A DNA stretch of 64,000 nucleotides from a virus. Below, in pieces: positions 22,894-30,995 of the stretch (position 1 is its first letter; each line of letters starts with the position of its first letter). The translations under genes and the position numbers were made by a program. Where the stretch lies: the IMG/VR virus record IMGVR_UViG_3300034072_000578, positions 44,413-108,412 of that record, one strand, 5' to 3'. A model generated the notes under the pieces. That model ran no database searches. It had not been told where the DNA came from and saw only the letters and a program-made list of their open reading frames with translations.

Positions 22894-23035
22894 GGAGTCA
22901 CCGGACGGGGCAACCCAGACGGTCCAGCCTCCCCTAGAGGCAACTGGCTCTTTCTCATTGTTGGACTAATGCCCTTCGCTAGGCGGCACAAAAACCTAGG
23001 AAGGAAATTAAATAGAACCCCATTAAAAAAGGGGC

Positions 23036-23064
23036 TTGCGAATCACTAAATAATTCGCCATTAA
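23036..23064 (+). promoter_or_regulatory. promoter with GANTC overlapping the -35
   Basis: TTGCGAATC...GCCATTAA upstream of the 23094 ORF. Confidence 0.5.
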
Positions 23065-23093
23065 ATAATCACACCGAACGAAAGGAACCTACC

Positions 23094-23246
23094 ATGAAAA
23101 AATTCTGGATCGAATGGCTTGACGGTAGCTTGATTGGGGAAGTAGAAGCGGAAAGCGAAAGACAAGCCCGCAACATATGCGAGAACCACGCTACGGGGTG
23201 GGGGCTGGAGCCGGGAACCTACCAGCTACGGGAGAAGCCGGAGTGA
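23094..23246 (+). CDS. small hypothetical protein (50 aa)
   Basis: AAGGA RBS; MKKFWIEWLDG... Confidence 0.55.
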   Translation: MKKFWIEWLDGSLIGEVEAESERQARNICENHATGWGLEPGTYQLREKPE

Positions 23247-23299
23247 CCGGGAGGGGGCCGCGAGGCTCCCACCCCACCCCAAGGGGCTTCTGGCTAGTC

Positions 23300-23824
23300 C
23301 TATGGTGAAAGTTGGCCGGTTCCCGGTTTCAAAGTTGATTTCCAGCCAGTTCCCAATTTTATCTTTGATATTTGGGATTTATGCACACCAAATAGTTTAG
23401 CTATATCTTTATGATACATTCCGGTATCCAATAGCTTTCTAATTTCTTCTACTTTTGTTTCTGTCAATTTAGAATTAGGCTTTTCAGAGCCTTTTAATGC
23501 TTTGGAATAATCTATCTTACCATTCCTAACCGCATCATCCGCATTATCTTGGTAAGTTCCCCAAGCTAAATTAGTCCAAACATTATTAGACTTATCATCA
23601 TCTAAGTGCCTACAGACAAATTTACCGTCTGTGGGCTTAGGTCCGTTAAATAAAGTGCATACCCATATATGGATATTATAATCTTTGCCACCACTTATAA
23701 TATTTAGATAACCGGGTGTGGTAACTTGCGGCTTCCTAAATCTATTAGTAGTCGGATTAAATACCCTACCTAAGTTGGATATTAATAAGGGTGTTTCTGG
23801 TATGGGGAGGAATGTTTCTTTCAT
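23300..23824 (-). CDS. HNH homing endonuclease
   Basis: ISNLGRV, H..V...F.GP, RHLDDDKSNN..NLAWGT..DN..D, C-terminal HTH; GGAG RBS. Confidence 0.88.
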   Translation of the reverse strand: MKETFLPIPETPLLISNLGRVFNPTTNRFRKPQVTTPGYLNIISGGKDYNIHIWVCTLFNGPKPTDGKFVCRHLDDDKSNNVWTNLAWGTYQDNADDAVRNGKIDYSKALKGSEKPNSKLTETKVEEIRKLLDTGMYHKDIAKLFGVHKSQISKIKLGTGWKSTLKPGTGQLSP

Positions 23825-24113
23825 TTCTCCCGCGTAAGATACAAAATGCCAAAAATCAATAGACAGTAGTATCCCAAAATGCCAATTAATGAGAAACCTA
23901 AAATGCCCATATCTCATTAACTCCATAATGCCAGAATATAAGAAACCCCATTAGAAACGAAAATAGGAGAGGTTGACCCGAAGCCAACGCTCTCCTACTG
24001 ATTCGCTGTCGCTTCACGAATCATGCTCCCTATTTACGGGCATAAGGGAGATTGCCCTATCATAATAAACTGTTGGTCATTACCTATACCTCCAATTAGA
24101 GTGGAAATAAGTG

Positions 24114-24347
24114 TTAAGCTGCCCTTGCCGTCTCAATCTTGATCTTCCTTCCCTGATGGTGGAAGGTCAAGGAGTCAAAGCCAAGTCGCTTCAATGACTG
24201 GAAGCCCTTAAGGGCCTTGGCGGAAGCCTCTTCATCGACCAATTGGCCCAGCTTCCGCACTCCCTGCTGCGGGGTGACGCCTAGAACCGTAAAGTCAGCC
24301 TTTTTGGAATGAGGCTTAAAAACCTTTATGACGTTCTGTTTCGGCAT
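24114..24347 (-). CDS. hypothetical basic protein
   Basis: GGAG RBS, own promoter. Confidence 0.6.
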   Translation of the reverse strand: MPKQNVIKVFKPHSKKADFTVLGVTPQQGVRKLGQLVDEEASAKALKGFQSLKRLGFDSLTFHHQGRKIKIETARAA

Positions 24348-24456
24348 TTGATGTTACTCCAAGGATAGCAGGTTCATAGTTAAAACCGCAGACCCTTAAT
24401 TTGGTTCCAACAATCACCTTTCGTTTCTGCGTTCTCAGGCTTTCTCACCTGTTCCC

Positions 24457-24485
24457 GGTCTATAGACGATTCGGGGGTTTGGCAA
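24457..24485 (-). promoter_or_regulatory. promoter with GANTC in the spacer
   Basis: TTGCCA-17 (contains CGAATCG)-TAGACC. Confidence 0.65.
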
Positions 24486-24487
24486 GC

Positions 24488-24517
24488 AAAAAAAAGGCAG
24501 GGCGTCAACCCTGCCTT
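24488..24517 (-). terminator. intrinsic terminator
   Basis: AAGGCAGGG/CCCTGCCTT stem with a U-run on the - strand. Confidence 0.75.
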
Positions 24518-24551
24518 AAGTTGTTTAGAAAGGTGGTAAGAGGCACTTTTA

Positions 24552-25166
24552 TTAGTGCGTCAAAACCGTTGCCTCTTCGCTCGCTTCGCCGCCTTCCTGC
24601 TGGCCCTCTTCCTTGTTTTCTTCGGAGTTGCCCGAAAGATGCTGACGGGCACCAGCCAGCGCTTCGGCGAGATTGTTGCTGGAATTCGCCGCAGCCGCAC
24701 CAGACCGCGAGGTCGGAGTCTTGCGAACATGAGGCTCACCATCCGGCAGACGGGTGATATAGGCGAATTCGCCATCCTCATCCGAAAGCGTGTCGAACTT
24801 GCGTCCTGCCCATTCCCGGCCTGCCTGCGTCACGTTGTTGAGCTTCGTAACCACGCCCATCATGAACGAACGGAGGGGGTTCTTGCCGCCCTCGGCAGTC
24901 TTGGGGATCGCCACCTTGGCGGTCATGCCGACGTTCAGCAGAGCGATATCGGGGCTGATGGCGTTGAGGGCTTCCACAAGGCTCTTGCCACCCTGTGCGG
25001 CCTTATTGACCTTCTTACGGCGGAGTTCGTTGGGATCGAAGTTGGCGATGATGCCACCACGGGCAGCAGCTTCTGCCACTTCTGCCTTCACCAGCTTGCC
25101 ACCGACACGGACCTTGCCGGCCTGATCGACGGTGAAACCGGCCTGTTCGATTGCTTCCTTGTTCAT
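24552..25166 (-). CDS. hypothetical pre-early protein with GC-rich, host-like codon usage
   Basis: 204 aa, own promoter, AAGGAAG RBS and terminator. Confidence 0.75.
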   Translation of the reverse strand: MNKEAIEQAGFTVDQAGKVRVGGKLVKAEVAEAAARGGIIANFDPNELRRKKVNKAAQGGKSLVEALNAISPDIALLNVGMTAKVAIPKTAEGGKNPLRSFMMGVVTKLNNVTQAGREWAGRKFDTLSDEDGEFAYITRLPDGEPHVRKTPTSRSGAAAANSSNNLAEALAGARQHLSGNSEENKEEGQQEGGEASEEATVLTH

Positions 25167-25222
25167 GTTGTCTTCCTTCCGACTGATGTTTGTGTTTTCG
25201 CCTTCTCAGTGGCGATGACTAT

Positions 25223-25251
25223 TAGCTAATGGCCTTAGATGATTCGTGCAA
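25223..25251 (-). promoter_or_regulatory. promoter with GANTC next to the -35
   Basis: TTGCAC-GAATC...-TAGCTA. Confidence 0.6.
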
Positions 25252-25334
25252 GAGCTTTTTTCACTCTTACCAACTTTTTTTGTCGAAACTTGTTCTCAGG
25301 GCTTCCCACCAGCATTTAATCTTAGATTATATCC

Positions 25335-25432
25335 TAGAATGCGTTTTAAGCCCTTCTCAGAGCTTTTTAAGGGCTTTAGGGTAGTTGGGTAGCCTAGAAC
25401 GCACAAAAGCCCTCTAAGGGGCTTTAAATCGG
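25335..25432. repeat. periodic element, copy C (reverse orientation)
   Basis: GGGTAGCCTAG core at 25387 with AAGCCC/GGGCTT arms. Confidence 0.6.
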
Positions 25433-25451
25433 CTAATAATGAAAGATGGGT

Positions 25452-25539
25452 GTTGACCGGGCAGCTAGGTTTTCGGGTGGGGGTGGATAACCCAGCTATG
25501 AGGGGGCTTCATTGCGTCGGAAGGACACACCCGGTCAAC
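25452..25539 (-). ncRNA. putative small RNA
   Basis: 10-bp closing stem GTTGACCGGG/CCCGGTCAAC directly downstream of the 25575 promoter; no ORF. Confidence 0.45.
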
Positions 25540-25546
25540 GCTTATG

Positions 25547-25575
25547 TCTATGGGGTGATTCGCTGATTCGGTCAA
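25547..25575 (-). promoter_or_regulatory. promoter with two GANTC sites
   Basis: TTGACC-GAATC-AGC-GAATC-ACCC-CATAGA; near-copy of the 22535 promoter. Confidence 0.65.
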
Positions 25576-25632
25576 GCGATATCTTTGAACCAGAATAAAA
25601 CGAAACCAGAAAGCCCGCTAACCTTATCTAAA

Positions 25633-25648
25633 TGTTTCACGTGGAACA
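25633..25648. promoter_or_regulatory. parS: parS-like ParB binding site
   Basis: TGTTTCACGTGGAACA (reverse complement TGTTCCACGTGAAACA) matches the parS consensus TGTTNCACGTGAAACA. Confidence 0.75.
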
Positions 25649-25765
25649 CTCTAAGGTTAGATTAGGGAACCTTTAGAAGGCAAAATAAAAGCCCCGCATC
25701 CTTAGACGCGGGGCAACCTAATAACCATTCCTTAAGCTTCTTGATGATCCGCTTTAGCTTGCGCT

Positions 25766-26464
25766 TCATTCCAGATATCCTTTCACTTCCGACTCAACCC
25801 CCTTGCTGAGCTTCACCTTAGAACCTTCTTCATAGCCATGTCCAGCTATTTCTTGGCTTCCGGTGTAAAGGGCAATATCTTTCTTGCTGGTCTTTTGCCC
25901 TTTGGCTTTGGGCATTTCCCTAAGAATGATATCTTGTTTCAGCACAATAAGAGCGTTACCAGCTACTTCCTTTTCTGCAATCATTTTAACTAGGGATTCA
26001 TGAACCGCCACAAGGAACCCCAATTTAAAGTTATGCTTGATTTCATCACCCTTAACCCCATTGTTAATGAGCCGGTGATAAGCAACAGTCATGGGAAGCT
26101 TATGATAGCCGGTGATAAGGCTATCTGAAATGAGGTCATAAAGCCAGTTGGCATATTGAAGGTCTACGGGAAGACCGTAAAAGATGATGTTTTTATTGTC
26201 TTCGCTTTTAACCGCATATGTATCGGTAAGCTTAGCAATGGCCTTACAGATAAGCTCCATCTTATCCGTCTCTTTGCGGGGCTTCTTAGTAAAGCTTTCA
26301 ACCTTACTGGACTTAACTTCTAGGTCAGTCTCAGTGAGGCGATACTTTGCCATCATCTTTTCGAAAGCATTAGCAAACGCCATTGCCTCTTCGGGAGTTC
26401 CAGCGTTATTAGCCTTCGCTTTAATTGCGTTCAGCTTGCGGATGATGTCGTCCCGGTTGGTCAT
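25766..26464 (-). CDS. DUF2786-domain protein
   Basis: N-terminal II.KL..I.A.A....T.EEA..F...MMAKY.L; YG...D...A..L; F..GF. Confidence 0.8.
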   Translation of the reverse strand: MTNRDDIIRKLNAIKAKANNAGTPEEAMAFANAFEKMMAKYRLTETDLEVKSSKVESFTKKPRKETDKMELICKAIAKLTDTYAVKSEDNKNIIFYGLPVDLQYANWLYDLISDSLITGYHKLPMTVAYHRLINNGVKGDEIKHNFKLGFLVAVHESLVKMIAEKEVAGNALIVLKQDIILREMPKAKGQKTSKKDIALYTGSQEIAGHGYEEGSKVKLSKGVESEVKGYLE

Positions 26465-26499
26465 GTTTGCTTCCTAGGTGATTCGTTGCTGTTGAGACT

Positions 26500-26528
26500 G
26501 GTTTAGGGGGTTATTGGGGTTAGTGCAA
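26500..26528 (-). promoter_or_regulatory. promoter
   Basis: A-rich UP element, TTGCAC-17-TAAACC, GANTC at 26480. Confidence 0.55.
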
Positions 26529-26619
26529 GTTTTTTCTTTTTGGTGTTGGATTGTGTGTGTCGCTAATCTAACCTAAGTGAGCTTTAAATTTTTTAATCTT
26601 AACTTATAAAATCCTGCCG

Positions 26620-26776
26620 ATCCAACCAACTCAAAAAACAAACTCAACTCTCCCTATCTATCCCTTTCCCTATATACAACCAAACCAAATCAACTACCCT
26701 CAACTACCAAAACCCTCCCCTCTTCCCCTACCTTCTCCCTTTCCCTTTCTCTCCCCTATATACAACCCTTCCTTAT
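26620..26776. other. 157-nt tract with no G on the + strand
   Basis: Direct inspection; contains the direct repeat CCCTATATACAACC twice. Confidence 0.8.
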
Positions 26777-27128
26777 GCTCTTCACGTATGTAAAGCTTTA
26801 TCCTATCGGCTCCTTACTTCCTTCACTATATCGACGGATACAAACCGGACCTTATTAGGTTGACCGTCTATATATCTGTCTATTGCTTCTATTAGTTCCT
26901 TTCTTGCTTCTTCCCTTGTTTCGGCTTTCATCGTTACCGTGAATTTATGTTCGTTCATTAGAAAGGCCCTTCCTCAATGAGTTTCTTAATCTTATACCTA
27001 TGCAGTCTTGTTCGTGCTGCATTATGTTTTGCTTGGGCGATTTCGTTATCCCTATGTGTAACAACGACTCCGGCAATAAGTTTGCTTTCTTCGTTGTTCA
27101 TATGTTTTGGGATTATTGGCATTGTCAT

Positions 27129-27350
27129 TTAATCTTGTCCTATTTGTTCATAGGGGATTTGGTTATCCGTAAAGAACTGTTTTATATATTCCCTTGCTTC
27201 TTCGTCTTTCATGTGGAAGAGTTCGCTGGGGCTTTTGAAATAGTCAGGATAGCGATTGACGATTGCCTGCCCTAGCCTTTCATGGGGGCGGTTAGCAGGG
27301 TTAGCAAGCGCATAGATATCCTTGCGATACATTTGCTTTCTTATTGTCAT
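27129..27350 (-). CDS. hypothetical protein
   Basis: ERLGQAI.N..P....LF motif. Confidence 0.55.
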   Translation of the reverse strand: MTIRKQMYRKDIYALANPANRPHERLGQAIVNRYPDYFKSPSELFHMKDEEAREYIKQFFTDNQIPYEQIGQD

Positions 27351-27613
27351 TTGTTTTGCCCTGCTGCTACGGCTTCTTTTGCTACGGACTTACATGCTTC
27401 GATGTTCCAGATTTCTTCCCTGCATATCTGGAACGCTTTCATATAATCATCATAGCCGGGTTTTCTGGCTTCGATGATTTTGTGTTCGATGATCCGGTTG
27501 ACGGTGATTTCCCTTTCGGAGGGGATGACAGAGCCGACCAGCGAGCCAAAGACAGCCGATAGACCTACGCAGCTAACAAAGAGGGTCTTTTCCTTCATGT
27601 CTACCTCACTCAC
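27347..27613 (-). CDS. hypothetical membrane-anchored protein
   Basis: Hydrophobic N-terminus. Confidence 0.5.
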   Translation of the reverse strand: MSEVDMKEKTLFVSCVGLSAVFGSLVGSVIPSEREITVNRIIEHKIIEARKPGYDDYMKAFQICREEIWNIEACKSVAKEAVAAGQNK

Positions 27614-27640
27614 AACGTTCTCTTGCTATTAGAACCAGCA

Positions 27641-27847
27641 TTATTTATCTTCCGGCTGGAGGAATTCCAAAAACTCTTCTTCGTAATCGTTCCCTACATT
27701 CTCCGCCGTTAGGAACCAATCGTCATAAGCTTTGACGATATCCTCATCCGCATAGTTGCTCAGTTGCGGGAACTTAAAGCGAAGGTTATTTACTAGGGCT
27801 TTATCCCTCACCTTCCGCTGTTCTTCCGTCAAAATACCGTCTACCAT
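27641..27847 (-). CDS. hypothetical protein
   Basis: ORF with GGAG RBS. Confidence 0.55.
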   Translation of the reverse strand: MVDGILTEEQRKVRDKALVNNLRFKFPQLSNYADEDIVKAYDDWFLTAENVGNDYEEEFLEFLQPEDK

Positions 27848-27852
27848 AGCTG

Positions 27853-28170
27853 CTACTCCCTAAAGAGCTTCTTAAAGAAACTATAAAAGAACGGGTAATT
27901 GATTGCTTGCGTTACCCCTTCATCTTTTAGTTTCTTATCTAGGATTTTCTGTTCGATGGCTTCATATCTGTTATGGGCTTTCCTACGCCAGATATCCGCA
28001 TGATCCCTATCAATCTTACCCTCTTTTAGAAGCAATTCTATTGACTGGATATCTTCGCGGTAATCTCTTAGGTGCTTTGTGTCAGCATCATAACGCGACT
28101 CAAGCCTAGCAGCTATGCGCTCTAGGCTCTTGTCTGATCTGACATTATTGGGGATGATACTACGGGCCAT
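27853..28170 (-). CDS. hypothetical protein
   Basis: ORF within the operon. Confidence 0.55.
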   Translation of the reverse strand: MARSIIPNNVRSDKSLERIAARLESRYDADTKHLRDYREDIQSIELLLKEGKIDRDHADIWRRKAHNRYEAIEQKILDKKLKDEGVTQAINYPFFYSFFKKLFRE

Positions 28171-28171
28171 C

Positions 28172-28360
28172 TTATTTCCGGTAGCGTTCCTTGATCTGGT
28201 CGATAAGCTCAGGGTGATTGAGCCTAAAGTCTAGAACCTTCTGGATCAAGGCATTGTTCCGGCTTTGATGGAAAATGGGCTTTTCCGGGATGGGTGGGAA
28301 CATGTTAGCCCGAACCCTCTTGCTGTTGTCGATGCGCAACGCTGGACCTGCATTAGCCAT
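28172..28360 (-). CDS. hypothetical protein
   Basis: ORF within the operon. Confidence 0.5.
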   Translation of the reverse strand: MANAGPALRIDNSKRVRANMFPPIPEKPIFHQSRNNALIQKVLDFRLNHPELIDQIKERYRK

Positions 28361-28516
28361 GACTTTAACCCTTCTTCTTTTTGATTATGTTGTCAAATAC
28401 GTGGTCGAATATTATCCAACCAATACAGGCAACAAATACAATGCTAACAATGTCGTCGGCATTGTAACCGATAACCTTAAGCAATAGGATAAGACCTATT
28501 ATCTCGAAATACTGTT

Positions 28517-28879
28517 TCATACCACAAGTGTCTTAGCGGTAAGGAACATGCTTTCGATTGCTTCCCTTTTTGGAAGGGTATTAAAGAAATCCACTACCGA
28601 AGCGTTGCGGCTGTCAGAACCCAAAGCAATGGCGGAAGCTTCTGCCATGGCATTATATGCCTTGTTATTAGCTTCGCTAATGACGTAATCATTAACGACC
28701 ATTCCCTTCTGGTAATAGTCCTTAGCGACTCCCAAAGCATAGATGCCACAGCATCCAACCAGCTTGTCGCCCTCGAAAACACAAAAGCGAGTCGATGGGC
28801 GGACATTATCAAAGACCTTATTTGCCTGTTCAAGCAATGTCTTTGCGATAGCGCTGGTAAGGTTGCTAATATCGTCCAT
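28517..28879 (-). CDS. hypothetical protein
   Basis: GAGGA RBS before MDDISN. Confidence 0.55.
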   Translation of the reverse strand: MDDISNLTSAIAKTLLEQANKVFDNVRPSTRFCVFEGDKLVGCCGIYALGVAKDYYQKGMVVNDYVISEANNKAYNAMAEASAIALGSDSRNASVVDFFNTLPKREAIESMFLTAKTLVV

Positions 28880-28880
28880 G

Positions 28881-29069
28881 TTAACCGTTCCTCTTACGCA
28901 TGATGAATCGGGCTTCCACATAGGAAGCGAAGCGCTGGACAATGAAAGGGCGTTCCCCTTCCAGTTCCAAAGCCAGACAGTAAGGCTTGTTGTTAGCCTC
29001 TTCCGTCGTCACCGGATAAGCTGCGTAGCCGCTAATGTCGGTTACTTCGCTGTCTACTACGTGGAACAT
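28881..29069 (-). CDS. hypothetical protein
   Basis: ORF within the operon. Confidence 0.5.
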   Translation of the reverse strand: MFHVVDSEVTDISGYAAYPVTTEEANNKPYCLALELEGERPFIVQRFASYVEARFIMRKRNG

Positions 29070-29070
29070 A

Positions 29071-29529
29071 TTAGCCTTCCTTTAGAATTAGCCCGATTCG
29101 ATCGCCCTTTGCGTGGGCTTCGCTGATCCTTCTAAGCTTTTCCTGCAACCTGTCAAGCTCCTTACAAGCTCTTTCTACCGCTTCTAGTGATAGAATGTTG
29201 TGCGGGTTGTTCCTGTCAAAGCCCCTAAATATGTTATTAATATATGCCGGATGCTTTAGGCGCTTGCATCCTTTAATGAAGTTCCTAGGATCAGGCGGCA
29301 TGGAATGAGTGCCAGTAACCCGGCCTACGTCATATTCCCCTTCCGGCCTGTCATAGCGCCAGATACCATCATCCCCTTTGACGCACTCATAATAAGGCGT
29401 CCTGTTTTCTGCGATGATAGTAACTAGGTTTCCTTCTATCGTATGATAGGATTCGCCGACAATAAACATCGGCTCATATTTGCGTTCTTCTGTCACAGGC
29501 GAACCTTCACTAGAGTTATAATAAGCCAC
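29071..29529 (-). CDS. hypothetical protein
   Basis: 152-aa ORF. Confidence 0.6.
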   Translation of the reverse strand: MAYYNSSEGSPVTEERKYEPMFIVGESYHTIEGNLVTIIAENRTPYYECVKGDDGIWRYDRPEGEYDVGRVTGTHSMPPDPRNFIKGCKRLKHPAYINNIFRGFDRNNPHNILSLEAVERACKELDRLQEKLRRISEAHAKGDRIGLILKEG

Positions 29530-29554
29530 CCTTTATTAGATGGCTTATCGAATT

Positions 29555-30001
29555 CTAGATTTGGTAATATTGGGTCTTAAGTTCTTCCGGCACTTCGCCC
29601 TTTAGAAGTGCTTCCAATTGTTGTTGAGTTATCTTAGTGGGGCCACCATCCCAATCGTTTTTAAGATTAAGAACTACCACGCCGCCGCCAGTGGAAACAA
29701 TATAGTCACCCCTAGTAATGTGATACGTCATCCCGTTCCAAACAGTCTGATCGCTGTAAGTCGAGAAATGATAATAAGGGAACCGTTCTTTAAGTTCCTT
29801 ATATTTATCGATGGTCGCTTGAGTTTGTTTCACCTCAATTCGAACGGTGCCCTCATTCTTCCATTCGACTCGCCACTCCCATTCTTTCTTGACGGTAGCG
29901 TAAGCTTCTTTCGCCGCTGCGGTTTCTTCTGCCTCAGCGCGGGCAAGCTCCAGCTTCAAGACGCTGATTTGATTTTTGATCTGTTCGCTAGACTTGGGCA
30001 T
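29555..30001 (-). CDS. hypothetical protein
   Basis: 148-aa ORF, AAGGAAG RBS. Confidence 0.65.
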   Translation of the reverse strand: MPKSSEQIKNQISVLKLELARAEAEETAAAKEAYATVKKEWEWRVEWKNEGTVRIEVKQTQATIDKYKELKERFPYYHFSTYSDQTVWNGMTYHITRGDYIVSTGGGVVVLNLKNDWDGGPTKITQQQLEALLKGEVPEELKTQYYQI

Positions 30002-30193
30002 TTTTACTTCCTTATTCCCGCTTTAGAAAATGGGTTAAGCTGGATGGGGCAATTACCATGCTTCCATATGATGTTGCGCCATTGCTTACCGGCTTTCAGC
30101 CATTGTTCGTAGGGGATATAACTAGCGTAGTCAATCCACAACTTACCGCCAATTAGCAGATAAGTTATTCCGCCATGAAATACCAGCATCTAT

Positions 30194-30231
30194 TTAACCC
30201 CACATTAAATAACGCGAATCACCCCGATTCG
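30194..30231. promoter_or_regulatory. CtrA-type box plus an inverted GANTC pair
   Basis: TTAA-CCCCACA-TTAA (30194-30208), then GCGAATC-ACCCC-GATTCGC. Confidence 0.45.
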
Positions 30232-30557
30232 CTGCCCTTACGGGGTAACATAATCAGGGCCATATCGCGAACTATTTATTTTCTAGGAACGGGATTAAAT
30301 AGGGCACTAACCTTATCTGCCGACCCTCCCCGCCATGAACAGGGTCAGTTCACCCGGCTTGAAAAGTCTATATTGATTTCCAGCCGGTTCCCAAAATTGG
30401 AAGTCAGCCGGTTCCCAAAAGTAGCGGTTCTCAAGTCCCAATTTCCAGCGATCCAAAGTCACAACCTTGCCGGTTCTAAAGTGATGATACTGGAATGCTA
30501 GGACATAGCCTATCCGTTCGGGTAGAGCTTGCCGGATAACGCTACAACCCGCTGCTA

Positions 30558-30830
30558 CTACGCTGTAGGGGAGAGTGATGATTTCACAGCCAAACCCACA
30601 TGCCACTTGATCTTGGAAGATAATGTTGCAGTAGACGGTTCTTTCAGCTTGGCTATTGCTTCTTCTATCTTCCATTGTTCTACCTCGTCAGCATGGGTAT
30701 AACTGCTGTCATGGCCTTTGTCGTAGAAAGCTACACTGCCGATCTTGTGGCGGTTTTTACTGTCTCTATAGAAAGTGTATTCGGCACCGGGCCATTTATT
30801 TACGTCATCTTCGTATATCTTAAAGGCCAT
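30558..30830 (-). CDS. hypothetical protein
   Basis: MAFKIYEDD..., GAGG RBS. Confidence 0.5.
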   Translation of the reverse strand: MAFKIYEDDVNKWPGAEYTFYRDSKNRHKIGSVAFYDKGHDSSYTHADEVEQWKIEEAIAKLKEPSTATLSSKIKWHVGLAVKSSLSPTA

Positions 30831-30995
30831 GAAATCATCGCCTCTAAGAAAGTCTATCACCTTATATAGTTCACGGTTAGTTGGCACCCATGACTTGCCT
30901 TCCGCTATTAGCCTAATTAATGCTAAATTATGTAGATCGTGCGAAACCAAAATGCCAACTTTCCATTAACTATAATGCCAGAATATCATTGACTA

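Noticed and set aside
23843-23940. CRISPR-like array from the AAAATGCC repeats
   Set aside because: Repeats are only about 8 bp with irregular spacing and no cas genes; treated as iteron-like motifs instead
25482-25490. DnaA box-like GGTGGATAA
   Set aside because: Single 8/9 match with no cluster; expected by chance
29056-29069. Second parS-like sequence (ACGTGGAACA)
   Set aside because: Only a half site, and it lies within a coding start
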